Source: an uncultured bacterium (lineage in GTDB: Bacteria; DYJV01). From it: a DNA stretch of 64,000 bases. Shown one piece after another: positions 12,539-21,371 of the stretch. Within the stretch, counting starts at the first letter, position 1, and the number at the start of each line of letters is the position of its first letter. Location: positions 11,054 to 75,053 of the forward strand of contig CAZBLP010000001.1 in NCBI GenBank assembly GCA_964492825.1, read 5' to 3'. The notes below the pieces were generated by a model, which was not told where the DNA came from, ran no database searches, and saw only the letters and a program-made list of their open reading frames with translations. A program made the position numbers and the translations under genes.

Positions 12539-14821
12539 TTAAAGTTTTTTCATTGCTTTTAAGACTTTTTCAGCAGTTATAGGTAAATCTTTAAATCTTA
12601 CATTTGCTGCACAAGAAATAGCATCAGCAATTGCCGGAGCAGTGGGAGACACAAGGCCTTCGCCAGCCTCTTTAGCACCATATGGACCATAAGGGTCGTA
12701 AACTTCAACAGTATAATGTTCATTCTCAGGCATATCCAAAGCAGTGGGAACTTTATAATCAAGAAAAGTGGTATTTAAAGTTTTACCGTCTTTCATAACA
12801 AATTGCTCGCATGTGGCATATCCTAATCCCATTTGTATTGAACCTTCCAATTGTCCTTCAACTGCTATGGGGTTAATGGGAGTACCGCAGTCATGTGCTG
12901 TGGTAACTTTGTCAACTTTAACAATACCTGTGTCCTTATCAATGGTAACTTCTGCAACTTGAGCACCGAAACTGTATGCAGGTGTAACCAATCCGTGGCC
13001 TCTCGGAGTATATGAACCATATGCAACTATTGGCTCTCCTCTATTATATTTTTGAGCAAGTCTGACAGCTTCTTTAAATTCAAGTCCTTTGTCATGTCTG
13101 TTTTTTAAATAAACTCTGCCATTTTTACACTCCATATCATGGATAACATTTGCATTTAATTTTAAAGAAAGGACTTTAAAAAGCTGGTCTTTTATTTTCT
13201 TACATGCATTAATAATGGCATTTCCTGCCATAAAGGTAACACGACTTCCCCAAGTACCTAAATCAGCCTGTGGAGTTACAGCTGTATCAGCAGCAGTCAG
13301 TCTGATATCTTCAACATTTATACCAAGCTCTTCTGCAAGAATCTGTCTAAGGACAGTATCGCATCCTTGCCCAATATCTGAAGCCATTGTCATAAGATGT
13401 GCTGTGCCGTCATCAAAAACCCTAACCTCTACAGCTGTAAACGGATACTGAGTATTAAACCAGTTAAAGGCACCACCTGATATAAAACTGTAACAGCCAA
13501 TACCAATGCCTTTTTCTGATTTTTCTTCTGAATATTGCTTTCTTTTATTATCCCAGTCAGTAGCTTCCCTGACTTTTTCAAGACATTCTTTAAATCCGCA
13601 ACTGTGAATTGTAGTAACACCTGGAATTTCATCGCCTGCTTCCATTGCATTTTTTAACCTTAAATCTATTGGATCAATACCAAGCTCTTCTGCTGCCATA
13701 TTCATCTGTGTTTCTGTAACAAAGAGAGCCTGCGGAGCACCAAAGCCTCTCATTGCACCTGCTGGAGGCTTATTGGTGTAAACGTGAAAACCGTTATATT
13801 TATAGCTTGGAAATCTGTATAAAAAACCACCGAAATTACCACAAAGGAATGCTGCTGTTGGTCCCATACTGTTGTATGCACCGCCGTCAAGATACGAGGT
13901 GAATTCTTTACCTAAAATAGTGCCATCTTTTTTAAAAGCAATTTTTGAGTACATTTTCATTGCATGTCTTCTTCTTCCTGAAATAAGCTCTTCATCCCTT
14001 GTTAAAGTAAATTTAACAGGCTTGCCTGTAAGCTTTGACATAAAAGCCGCACAGAATTCCCATTTTCTAAGCTCCATTTTTCCGCCAAAACCGCCACCTA
14101 CAAAGGGTTTAATCACCCTAATATCATTCTCTCTCATGCCAAGGGTCTGAGCAAGTAATACCTGAACATAGTATGGAGTCTGAGTTGATGTCCATATTGT
14201 AATACGTCCGTCCAAATCAGTTTTTGCAAGACATGAACATGGCTCCATATAAGCATGGCTAACAGCATGAACTTCAAATGTGTCTTCAAGAAGCAGGTCT
14301 GCTTCAGCAAATGCTTTTTCCACATCTCCGTAATGAATTGTCCGTGACAGGCTTGTATTGTTTTCAACATTGTCGTGAAGCTTTATTGCACAATCTGCTC
14401 TTGCATCATCAACTGAATAAACAGCAGGCAATTCTTCATATTCAACTTCAATTAAAGAAATTGCTTCTTCTGCAGTATCCTTGTCAATAGCTGCAACTGC
14501 TGCAACTTCATCTCCTATGAATCTAACTCTGTCAATAGCCAGAGGATATTCATCCATAGATTCGGGGACCAATCTCCAGTTACCAAAATTAATTTTAGGT
14601 GTATCTTCACCTGTAATAACCAGCTTGACACCTGGCAGTTTCTCAGCTTTGCTTGTATCTATACTTTTAATCCTTGCATGTGCAACAGGACTTCTTAAAA
14701 TTTTACCATAAAGCATTCCCGGCAATTTAAGGTCATCTGAAAATTGTGCTGCTCCCATAATTTTAGCTTTACCGTCCTGCCTTGGAATATCTTTACCTAT
14801 AATTGAAAAATTATGACTCAT
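12539..14821 (-). CDS. Xanthine dehydrogenase / aldehyde oxidoreductase family molybdopterin-binding large subunit
   Basis: 760 aa with XDH-family Mo-binding regions (for example GGGFGGK and QGLGYA-like motifs). No AYxCSFR motif, so it is not a form-I CoxL. Confidence 0.8.
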   Translation of the reverse strand: MSHNFSIIGKDIPRQDGKAKIMGAAQFSDDLKLPGMLYGKILRSPVAHARIKSIDTSKAEKLPGVKLVITGEDTPKINFGNWRLVPESMDEYPLAIDRVRFIGDEVAAVAAIDKDTAEEAISLIEVEYEELPAVYSVDDARADCAIKLHDNVENNTSLSRTIHYGDVEKAFAEADLLLEDTFEVHAVSHAYMEPCSCLAKTDLDGRITIWTSTQTPYYVQVLLAQTLGMRENDIRVIKPFVGGGFGGKMELRKWEFCAAFMSKLTGKPVKFTLTRDEELISGRRRHAMKMYSKIAFKKDGTILGKEFTSYLDGGAYNSMGPTAAFLCGNFGGFLYRFPSYKYNGFHVYTNKPPAGAMRGFGAPQALFVTETQMNMAAEELGIDPIDLRLKNAMEAGDEIPGVTTIHSCGFKECLEKVREATDWDNKRKQYSEEKSEKGIGIGCYSFISGGAFNWFNTQYPFTAVEVRVFDDGTAHLMTMASDIGQGCDTVLRQILAEELGINVEDIRLTAADTAVTPQADLGTWGSRVTFMAGNAIINACKKIKDQLFKVLSLKLNANVIHDMECKNGRVYLKNRHDKGLEFKEAVRLAQKYNRGEPIVAYGSYTPRGHGLVTPAYSFGAQVAEVTIDKDTGIVKVDKVTTAHDCGTPINPIAVEGQLEGSIQMGLGYATCEQFVMKDGKTLNTTFLDYKVPTALDMPENEHYTVEVYDPYGPYGAKEAGEGLVSPTAPAIADAISCAANVRFKDLPITAEKVLKAMKKL

Positions 14822-14841
14822 TATATATCCTCCATTTGATT

Positions 14842-15711
14842 TTAATTAATATTATCAACAGCTTCTTGTATGGCTCTTCTTGTAATAATTTCAACCATAA
14901 GTTTTCTGTATTCTTGAGAAGATCTTACATCTGTAATGGGAGTTGCCTCAGATGAAGCAATTTTGCCTGCTTCATAAATTATATCTTCCTGAACATTTTT
15001 TCCAAGAAGAAATTCTTCTGTTTTTTTTGCTCTTAACGGGATAGGAGCAACAGCTCCGAGAAATATATTTGCCTCTGTAAATTTATTATTTTGAATTTTA
15101 ACCATAACCCCTACATTTACTATTGCAATATCAACAGCTGACCTTGGCGATAGCTTCTTATAAACAGTAAAGCTGTTTTCAGGCTGAATAGGTACTGTAA
15201 CTTCTTTCATTATTTCACCGGTTTTTAAATCACTAAGTCCGGGACCTTTAAAAAAATTGTCAAGCGGAATAACCCGCTCCCCGTTTTTACTAACAATAAC
15301 AGCTTTTGCTCCTAATGATAACAAAGCAGGAGCATTATCTGCTGAAGGAGCAGCATTACAAAGGTTACCAACAACTGTACCCATATTTCTAACCTGATTT
15401 GTGGCAGTAACACTTGCAGCATAAGCAACAGAAGGATACTTTTCTTTAACAATACTGTTATTTGCAACTTCACTTAAAGTTGCAAGAGCTCCTATTCTAA
15501 GTCCGTCCTTTTCGTCAAATTCAATAAAATCAAGCTCCTGGATATTTTTAAGACCTATTATAACTTCAGGTTGTAATACTTTATTGTTTAACTTAATTAA
15601 AAGGTCAGTTCCTCCTGCTTTTATTTTGGCTTTATCTCCGTAATTCTCTAATAATTCAAATAATTCATTTAATGTTTTTGGTGCAATATAGTCAAATTTT
15701 GGTAAAGGCAA
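14842..15711 (-). CDS. Molybdoenzyme FAD-binding medium subunit (CoxM/XdhB-like)
   Basis: 289 aa with the FAD-binding PCMH-type motif IKAGGTDL. Lies between the small and large subunits. Confidence 0.75.
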   Translation of the reverse strand: MPLPKFDYIAPKTLNELFELLENYGDKAKIKAGGTDLLIKLNNKVLQPEVIIGLKNIQELDFIEFDEKDGLRIGALATLSEVANNSIVKEKYPSVAYAASVTATNQVRNMGTVVGNLCNAAPSADNAPALLSLGAKAVIVSKNGERVIPLDNFFKGPGLSDLKTGEIMKEVTVPIQPENSFTVYKKLSPRSAVDIAIVNVGVMVKIQNNKFTEANIFLGAVAPIPLRAKKTEEFLLGKNVQEDIIYEAGKIASSEATPITDVRSSQEYRKLMVEIITRRAIQEAVDNIN

Positions 15712-15730
15712 TTTGATTCTCCTTTCTTTT

Positions 15731-16201
15731 TTATTTCATTTTTTCAGAAGCGCATTTAATAGCATCAATTATTTTATAATAACCTGTACATCTGCATAAA
15801 TTACCATCTAAGGCTTTTTTGATTGTTATTTCATCTGGCTCGGGATTGTTTGAAAGTAAAAATTTTGCACTCATAATCATACCTGGAGTGCAAAATCCAC
15901 ATTGGACCGCACCTTTTTCTATAAAGGCCTCCTGAATTGGATGAAGCTCATCTTCAGATTCTGCCAAACCCTCTATAGTTTCTACGGATCTGCCATCTAC
16001 CTCAACTGCCAGTGTTAAACATGAACTAATGGATTTACCGTCTAACAATACTGTACATGCTCCGCAATCTCCAGTGCCGCAACCTAACTTTGTACCTGTG
16101 AGGTTTAATTGGTCTCTGAGAACTTCATTTAAGGTTTTCCAAGGCTCTACAGCAATTTCATAATTATCTCCATTAATTGTAACATTAATGATTTTTTTCA
16201 C
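15731..16201 (-). CDS. Molybdoenzyme (2Fe-2S) iron-sulfur small subunit (CoxS/XdhC-like)
   Basis: 156 aa with a plant-type ferredoxin motif CGTGDCGAC and a second cluster motif CGFCTPG...CRCTGY. Confidence 0.8.
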   Translation of the reverse strand: MKKIINVTINGDNYEIAVEPWKTLNEVLRDQLNLTGTKLGCGTGDCGACTVLLDGKSISSCLTLAVEVDGRSVETIEGLAESEDELHPIQEAFIEKGAVQCGFCTPGMIMSAKFLLSNNPEPDEITIKKALDGNLCRCTGYYKIIDAIKCASEKMK

Positions 16202-16446
16202 TCTATAACTCCTTTTAGAAAAATTTTTAATTTAAAATCCAACAAAATTATTGTTTCAGGTATACTTAACCTATTAACAGCTGTTTTTATAACAGCAATT
16301 AAAATACCAATTAACACATATTGTTTTAATCTTCAAATAGTTAATTAAAAATGTTAAAAATTAAAAGAGGTTTTTTGAAATGAAAAAAAGACTGGTAATT
16401 TGAATCTGTTTAACTATTTATACTGTAAAAATGGCTGTATAAAACT

Positions 16447-17565
16447 TTATACAATTTTATTATATTCTTCAAGAGCAAATCTGTCTGTCATTCCTGCTAT
16501 ATAATCTGCAACTACTCTTTTTAATCCATATTTTTTAATACCTTGCTTTGTAGATTTTGGCAAAAGATTCGGGTATTTCATAAATGCATCAAAAAGTGTT
16601 TCTATTACTCTGTCAGCTTTTATTTTCATGCTTATAACCTGGTTATGTGTGTAAAGATTATTATAGAGAAAATGTTTAAGCTCTTCATTTTTTTCTTCAA
16701 CCTCTTTTGAAAACAAGATTAATTTTTCATTAAAGTTTCTAACATCTTCAAGTGTTTCTATGTTATTTTCTTTTATCTTATTTTTACTGTTTTTCACAAC
16801 ATCATCAATTAACATACTGATTAAAAAACTAATAGCTCTGTAAATAAGCATTTTTTTATCCAGGTTTTTATAAAAACGTTTAACTTTTTTTACACTTTCC
16901 CTCCATAATGACACACTGCTGTAAATATCGTCAAAACTAATAAGTCCGGATTTTAATCCATCGTCAATGTCGTGATTGTTATATGCAATCTCATCTGCAA
17001 TATCTATAATTTGTGCTTCCAGAGTAGGGGATTTATCAAGCTCAAATTCATTTAAATGCATGTTCATGGGATTGTCATACTTGGAGGAATGTTTTACAAG
17101 ACCTTCCAATGTTTCAAAAGTAAGATTCAATCCGTTAAAATCAGGGTATCTTTTTTCCAAAAAATTTACAATTCTGAAGCTCTGAAGATTGTGCTCGAAT
17201 CCTCCTTCATCTTTCATTAATTTGTCCAGTTTATACTCACCATTATGGCCAAAAGGAGTGTGTCCGAGGTCATGAGCAAGTGCAATAGCTTCTGTAAGGT
17301 CTTCATTGACTTTCAATCTTCTTGCTATACCTCTGGAAACCTGTGCTACTTCAAGTGAATGAGTAAGTCTTGTTCTGTAATAATCTCCTGCGTGAAAAAC
17401 AAATACTTGAGTTTTATATTCAAGCCTTCTGAAAGCTTCTGTGTGAATTATTCTATCTCTGTCTCTTTCAAAATCAGCTCTTTTATCTTTAAATTTTTCA
17501 GGAAATTTTCTTCCTTTTGAATTTTTACTCTTAGCTGCATATTTTGCTAAAATTTTTCCATACAT
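16447..17565 (-). CDS. dgt: dGTP triphosphohydrolase-like HD-domain protein (short Dgt family)
   Basis: 372 aa with HD-domain motifs (RLTHSLEVAQ...HDLGHTPFGH). Typical short-form dGTPase. Confidence 0.75.
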   Translation of the reverse strand: MYGKILAKYAAKSKNSKGRKFPEKFKDKRADFERDRDRIIHTEAFRRLEYKTQVFVFHAGDYYRTRLTHSLEVAQVSRGIARRLKVNEDLTEAIALAHDLGHTPFGHNGEYKLDKLMKDEGGFEHNLQSFRIVNFLEKRYPDFNGLNLTFETLEGLVKHSSKYDNPMNMHLNEFELDKSPTLEAQIIDIADEIAYNNHDIDDGLKSGLISFDDIYSSVSLWRESVKKVKRFYKNLDKKMLIYRAISFLISMLIDDVVKNSKNKIKENNIETLEDVRNFNEKLILFSKEVEEKNEELKHFLYNNLYTHNQVISMKIKADRVIETLFDAFMKYPNLLPKSTKQGIKKYGLKRVVADYIAGMTDRFALEEYNKIV

Positions 17566-18230
17566 TAACTACTCCATCCTTCTTTTCCAATTAATGGTAC
17601 AAAAGCACATAGGAAAGATTCTTTTTCAATAAAATTATTATTAACTCTTTTTACTATTTTTAAAGCTTGTGTAAATCTGTCTCCAACAGGTATTACTAAG
17701 GTGCCTTTTTCTGATAACTGAGTCTTTAAAGAAACAGGTATATTAGGCGCAGCAGCAGTAACAATAATTGCATCAAAAGGAGATTTTTCTTCCCACCCAA
17801 CAGATCCATCGTTTACTTTGAAAAAAATGTTTTTATATTTTAATTTTTCAAGAATTGCCTGTGCTTTCAGGGATAAACATTCTATTCTTTCAACAGTATA
17901 TACCTCTTTTGCAATTTCTGCAAGCACTGCAGTTTGATAGCCTGAGCCAGTGCCAATTTCAAGAATTTTGCTATTTTTGTTAATTTGAAGATATTCTGTC
18001 ATAACTGCAACCATATAAGGTTGTGATATTGTCTGTCCCTCTCCTATAGGCAAAGGACAGTCATCATATGCTAAATTTTTTTTATTAGAAGGTACAAAAA
18101 GATGTCTCGGAACTTTTTTCAAAGCATTAATGACATGAACATCCTTTACTCTACGAGCAATAATCTGCTCTTTTACCATTAATTCTCTGTTTTTTTCAAA
18201 ATCAATTTCATTAATTAGATTTATATCCAT
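17565..18230 (-). CDS. pcm: Protein-L-isoaspartate O-methyltransferase
   Basis: 221 aa with SAM-binding motif VLEIGTGSGYQTAVLA and the PCMT family region ISQPYMVA. Confidence 0.8.
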   Translation of the reverse strand: MDINLINEIDFEKNRELMVKEQIIARRVKDVHVINALKKVPRHLFVPSNKKNLAYDDCPLPIGEGQTISQPYMVAVMTEYLQINKNSKILEIGTGSGYQTAVLAEIAKEVYTVERIECLSLKAQAILEKLKYKNIFFKVNDGSVGWEEKSPFDAIIVTAAAPNIPVSLKTQLSEKGTLVIPVGDRFTQALKIVKRVNNNFIEKESFLCAFVPLIGKEGWSS

Positions 18231-18605
18231 TTATTTTACACATATTGCGTCTATTTCAATATCAGCATTTTTTGGCAGATTACTCACTTCCACCACTGCT
18301 CTTGCAGGTTTGTGTGTTTTGAAAAATTCTGAATAAACTTGATTTACAGTTTCAAAATTTTGTATGTTTTTTAAAAAAATAGTAATCTTGGCAATATTTT
18401 CTTTTTTATAATCAGATGCTAATACAATATTCTCCAAATTTTTTAAAACCAATTTTGTTAAATCTTCAATATTCCCCCTTTGAATTTTGCCTGTTTCAGC
18501 ATTAATAGGGATTTGACCTGAAACAAAAAGTATATTTCCGACTTTAACTGCCTGAGAATATGGACCAATTGCTGCTGGTGCTTTTCGAGTATTAATAAAT
18601 TCCAT
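18231..18605 (-). CDS. ridA: RidA/YjgF family reactive-intermediate deaminase
   Basis: 124 aa with a YjgF/TdcF-like C-terminal signature (PARAVVEVSNLPKNADIEI). Confidence 0.8.
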   Translation of the reverse strand: MEFINTRKAPAAIGPYSQAVKVGNILFVSGQIPINAETGKIQRGNIEDLTKLVLKNLENIVLASDYKKENIAKITIFLKNIQNFETVNQVYSEFFKTHKPARAVVEVSNLPKNADIEIDAICVK

Positions 18606-18617
18606 AATAAACCTCTG

Positions 18618-18848
18618 TTATGGCTTGATTTTATAGGTATTTACAAGAATCCCCCTAAGTTTTCTTGCCTGGTAGTCAAGTTTATAGAATAACTCGTAAA
18701 CTTTTTTTGCATCTAACTTTGGAGATGATGAAAAATCATAAATTCCATGCTCTTTTTTAGGAATGTTTTTATCAAGGTAATCGTAAAATTCTTTTCTTAT
18801 TTCAATTAATGTCTTTGTTTCCTTTTCAACCTCATCTTTTGTGAACAT
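18618..18848 (-). CDS. Hypothetical small protein (76 aa from MFTKDEV start)
   Basis: Start moved to the internal Met, which has AGGAGA 7 nt upstream. No recognisable motifs. Confidence 0.4.
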   Translation of the reverse strand: MFTKDEVEKETKTLIEIRKEFYDYLDKNIPKKEHGIYDFSSSPKLDAKKVYELFYKLDYQARKLRGILVNTYKIKP

Positions 18849-18925
18849 TATATTTTCTCCTAAGCAAAATAAAAGGGAATTTTTCAAAACAGTATAATGA
18901 ATAATCTTCTAAAACATACAAGTTG

Positions 18926-19102
18926 TTATTTCATTGAGGATGGATTAATGGTACCTGCGCAATGTGCGCCTTTGCTTTTTTCATCATCGTAAATTTGAAT
19001 GCTTTCACTGCCGCATTCAGGGCATTGTTTAATTTTGCTTTTTTCTTCTGGTGTTAAAGTTTTGCTATAATCACAATCCATACAAAGAATTTGCCAAACC
19101 AT
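18926..19102 (-). CDS. Zinc-ribbon small protein, FmdB-family-like (59 aa; below ORF-track cutoff)
   Basis: Manual translation of the minus strand gives MVWQILCMDCDYSKTLTPEEKSKIKQCPECGSESIQIYDDEKSKGAHCAGTINPSSMK, with the CxxC...CxxC pattern CMDC...CPEC. RBS AGGAGG is 4 nt before the ATG. Confidence 0.5.
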   Translation of the reverse strand: MVWQILCMDCDYSKTLTPEEKSKIKQCPECGSESIQIYDDEKSKGAHCAGTINPSSMK

Positions 19103-19180
19103 TTCATCCTCCTTTCTTAAAGATTTCTTAATTTTTTATAATTCCAAATTAAGAAAAAGTCAAATCAGCTTATATTAATT

Positions 19181-19741
19181 TTATAGATTTTTCCCCAAGT
19201 TAAATGCTTTTTCCAATAATTCAGGCTTGTTATGAATATCTCCTTTTTCTTCCATAGATGTTGCAAAGATTTTATCCTCAAATTTAACTGATAAAGAGTC
19301 AAAAAAACATTGAACAGCAAGTTCTCCTCCTCTGAATGTTATGTCTTTATTAAATCCGCCTGTTGAGAAGAAAAACCCTTTTCTCATAAATTGAAAATTT
19401 TTGCTTAAATCTTCATGAAAAATATATTTTTTTGCCCATAAAGGCTGACATCTGTCAATAAAAGTTTTTAATTGAGCTGAAATACCAAAGAAAAATACAG
19501 GAGAAGCAACTGCAATGTGACTGCATTTTGTCAGTATATCTATATAATCAGACATTTCATCAGTTAATCTGCACTTTTTCTTTTTCATGCAGAAACCGCA
19601 CTCCTGACAGGGTAATATGTTTAATTTACAAGCATCAATAAGTAAAACATCTTTCCCATTAATTTTTGCACCTGATAAAAATCTTTCAAGTAGTGTAAAG
19701 CTATTGCCTCTTCTCGGGCTTCCGTTAATTCCTAATATCAT
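19181..19741 (-). CDS. Iron-sulfur flavoprotein / NADPH-dependent FMN reductase family (Isf-like)
   Basis: Flavodoxin-like MILGINGSPRRGNS N-terminus plus the compact Cys motif CQECGFCMKKKKC. Start moved to MILGING because GAGGAT RBS is upstream; the track's longer ORF would overlap the upstream gene. Confidence 0.65.
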   Translation of the reverse strand: MILGINGSPRRGNSFTLLERFLSGAKINGKDVLLIDACKLNILPCQECGFCMKKKKCRLTDEMSDYIDILTKCSHIAVASPVFFFGISAQLKTFIDRCQPLWAKKYIFHEDLSKNFQFMRKGFFFSTGGFNKDITFRGGELAVQCFFDSLSVKFEDKIFATSMEEKGDIHNKPELLEKAFNLGKNL

Positions 19742-19757
19742 AATATCCTCACAAAAT

Positions 19758-21173
19758 TTATTTAACAAGAATTTTGATTAAAGTGCCTTTTTTCAAATAT
19801 GTATCCATATTAATACCATTTAAAACAACTAATTTTTTTATTAACTCTTTATCTTTTACATTGTAATACTTCACAATATTTGCAAATGTGCCTGAAATAG
19901 GAAGTTTGAATATTTTTATTCTGTATGGTTTTTTATTGAGCTTATCAACTTCTGTTAATGTTGAAAAGCTCATTGGAACAGATATATATCTTTCATTGTA
20001 GTTTTTATAAACACAGTCAAATTGAAAAATTCTTTTGTCTTTTAAAATGAAATATGAAATTATTACCAAGTTATTCTTTCTTAGGATTGATTTTGTTTTA
20101 ATAGCGGAAAATCCGTTAATGGAAATATTTTTTTCATAAAAGGTTCTTATATCTGAATTAGCCACATATTTATTAACAGCAGTATGAAGATTGTTATATT
20201 TATTTAAATGAAAAATAATGATACTGTCATTTTTTTTACTAATTAATAACACTTTAGACGGAGTATTTTCCACTTTAAAAACCGGATTAACATAGAATTT
20301 AAATTTTAGAACAGGATGATAAAAATAATTTTTTTCCACATATCCTTGCTGAGGGTCTTTGCCGAATATTAAACCATTAATCTTTTTTAAATATCTGTTT
20401 CTGTTAATTGTAAATTTTTTTCTATTAAATTTACGTTGAATATCTTTTGTCTCTTTTATCACTTTTCTGATTCTGTTCTTAGGTGAAGGATGGGTGGAAA
20501 ACCAGCTTGGAAGCCCTGAGGATTTCTTGCTTTCCAATCTTTTTAATGTGTTAAAAAAGTTTCCAAGCTCTTTTGAATCATATCCTGCCTGTGTAGAATA
20601 ATAGACTCCCAAATAGTCAGCCTGATTTTCATCATCTCTGCTGAACTTTAAAAAAAGCAGTTTAACTCCTGTTGATATTAAATTGGAAAGGCTGTTTATT
20701 TCAGGGCTAACAATAGAGCCTACAGTAAGTCCCAGGTTAAACAACATAGCTTCACTCATCTGTTTGGCACTGTGTCTTGCATTTATATGACCTAACTCAT
20801 GGCCTAATATTCCTGCTAACTGGGCTTCGTTGTTTATATAGGCAAGAATACCTCTTGTAATATAAACATATCCTCCTGGCAGTGCAAATGCGTTTACATC
20901 AGTAGAGTCCAGAATCCTAAAATAGTATGAAATATCATGGCGGTGTACATGGCGGACAAGTTTATAACCTATTTCATTAATGTAATTTTTTAAATTAGAG
21001 TTATTATACAATCCATATTGTGCAATTATTTGTTTATCGTTTTTTTTGCCAATTGCTATTTCCTGGGATCTTGAAATGAGCATTAGCTCTTTTCTTCCAG
21101 TAACAGGATTGGTGGCACATGAAGATAAAAATATAAAAAGCATTACTGCTAATGAAATTTTTTTTAAATTCAT
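19758..21173 (-). CDS. M48-family Zn-metallopeptidase lipoprotein with C-terminal LysM domain
   Basis: HELGHINARH HExxH motif; predicted lipoprotein signal MNLKKISLAVMLFIFLSSC; LysM-like C-terminus (YNVKDKELIKKLVVLNGINMDTYLKKGTLIKILV). Start moved to MNLKK because GTGGAG RBS is upstream. Confidence 0.65.
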   Translation of the reverse strand: MNLKKISLAVMLFIFLSSCATNPVTGRKELMLISRSQEIAIGKKNDKQIIAQYGLYNNSNLKNYINEIGYKLVRHVHRHDISYYFRILDSTDVNAFALPGGYVYITRGILAYINNEAQLAGILGHELGHINARHSAKQMSEAMLFNLGLTVGSIVSPEINSLSNLISTGVKLLFLKFSRDDENQADYLGVYYSTQAGYDSKELGNFFNTLKRLESKKSSGLPSWFSTHPSPKNRIRKVIKETKDIQRKFNRKKFTINRNRYLKKINGLIFGKDPQQGYVEKNYFYHPVLKFKFYVNPVFKVENTPSKVLLISKKNDSIIIFHLNKYNNLHTAVNKYVANSDIRTFYEKNISINGFSAIKTKSILRKNNLVIISYFILKDKRIFQFDCVYKNYNERYISVPMSFSTLTEVDKLNKKPYRIKIFKLPISGTFANIVKYYNVKDKELIKKLVVLNGINMDTYLKKGTLIKILVK

Positions 21174-21266
21174 TGCTCCACAAGCTCCTTTTGTGAAATT
21201 CAATTTTAAAAAATATATATAAAACCTCACTTATTTTCAATAAATATTTTCTTATTTTTTATTAAT

Positions 21267-21295
21267 TTGATTTTTTGTTAATTTTTTTGTATAAT
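21267..21295 (+). promoter_or_regulatory. Sigma-70-type promoter: TTGATT-17 bp-TATAAT, upstream of the synthase-Cache operon
   Basis: Read directly: -35 TTGATT (21267-21272), 17-nt spacer, -10 TATAAT (21290-21295). An imperfect hairpin AAAGCACAAG-ctctaat-CTTGCACTTT follows in the 5' UTR. Confidence 0.5.
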
Positions 21296-21371
21296 CGCCT
21301 ATTAATTATAAAATCCAAATTCAAAGCACAAGCTCTAATCTTGCACTTTGAACCAAAAAGGAGGATGATTT

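Noticed and set aside
12539-16201. Aerobic CO dehydrogenase (CoxSML), given CODH nearby
   Set aside because: The large subunit lacks the form-I CoxL active-site AYxCSFR motif. Generic XDH-family molybdoenzyme is the supportable call.
16447-17565. dGTPase as a phage-defence (dNTP depletion) gene
   Set aside because: It sits in a tight housekeeping string (ridA-pcm-dgt) with no other defence-like neighbours, consistent with an ordinary Dgt.
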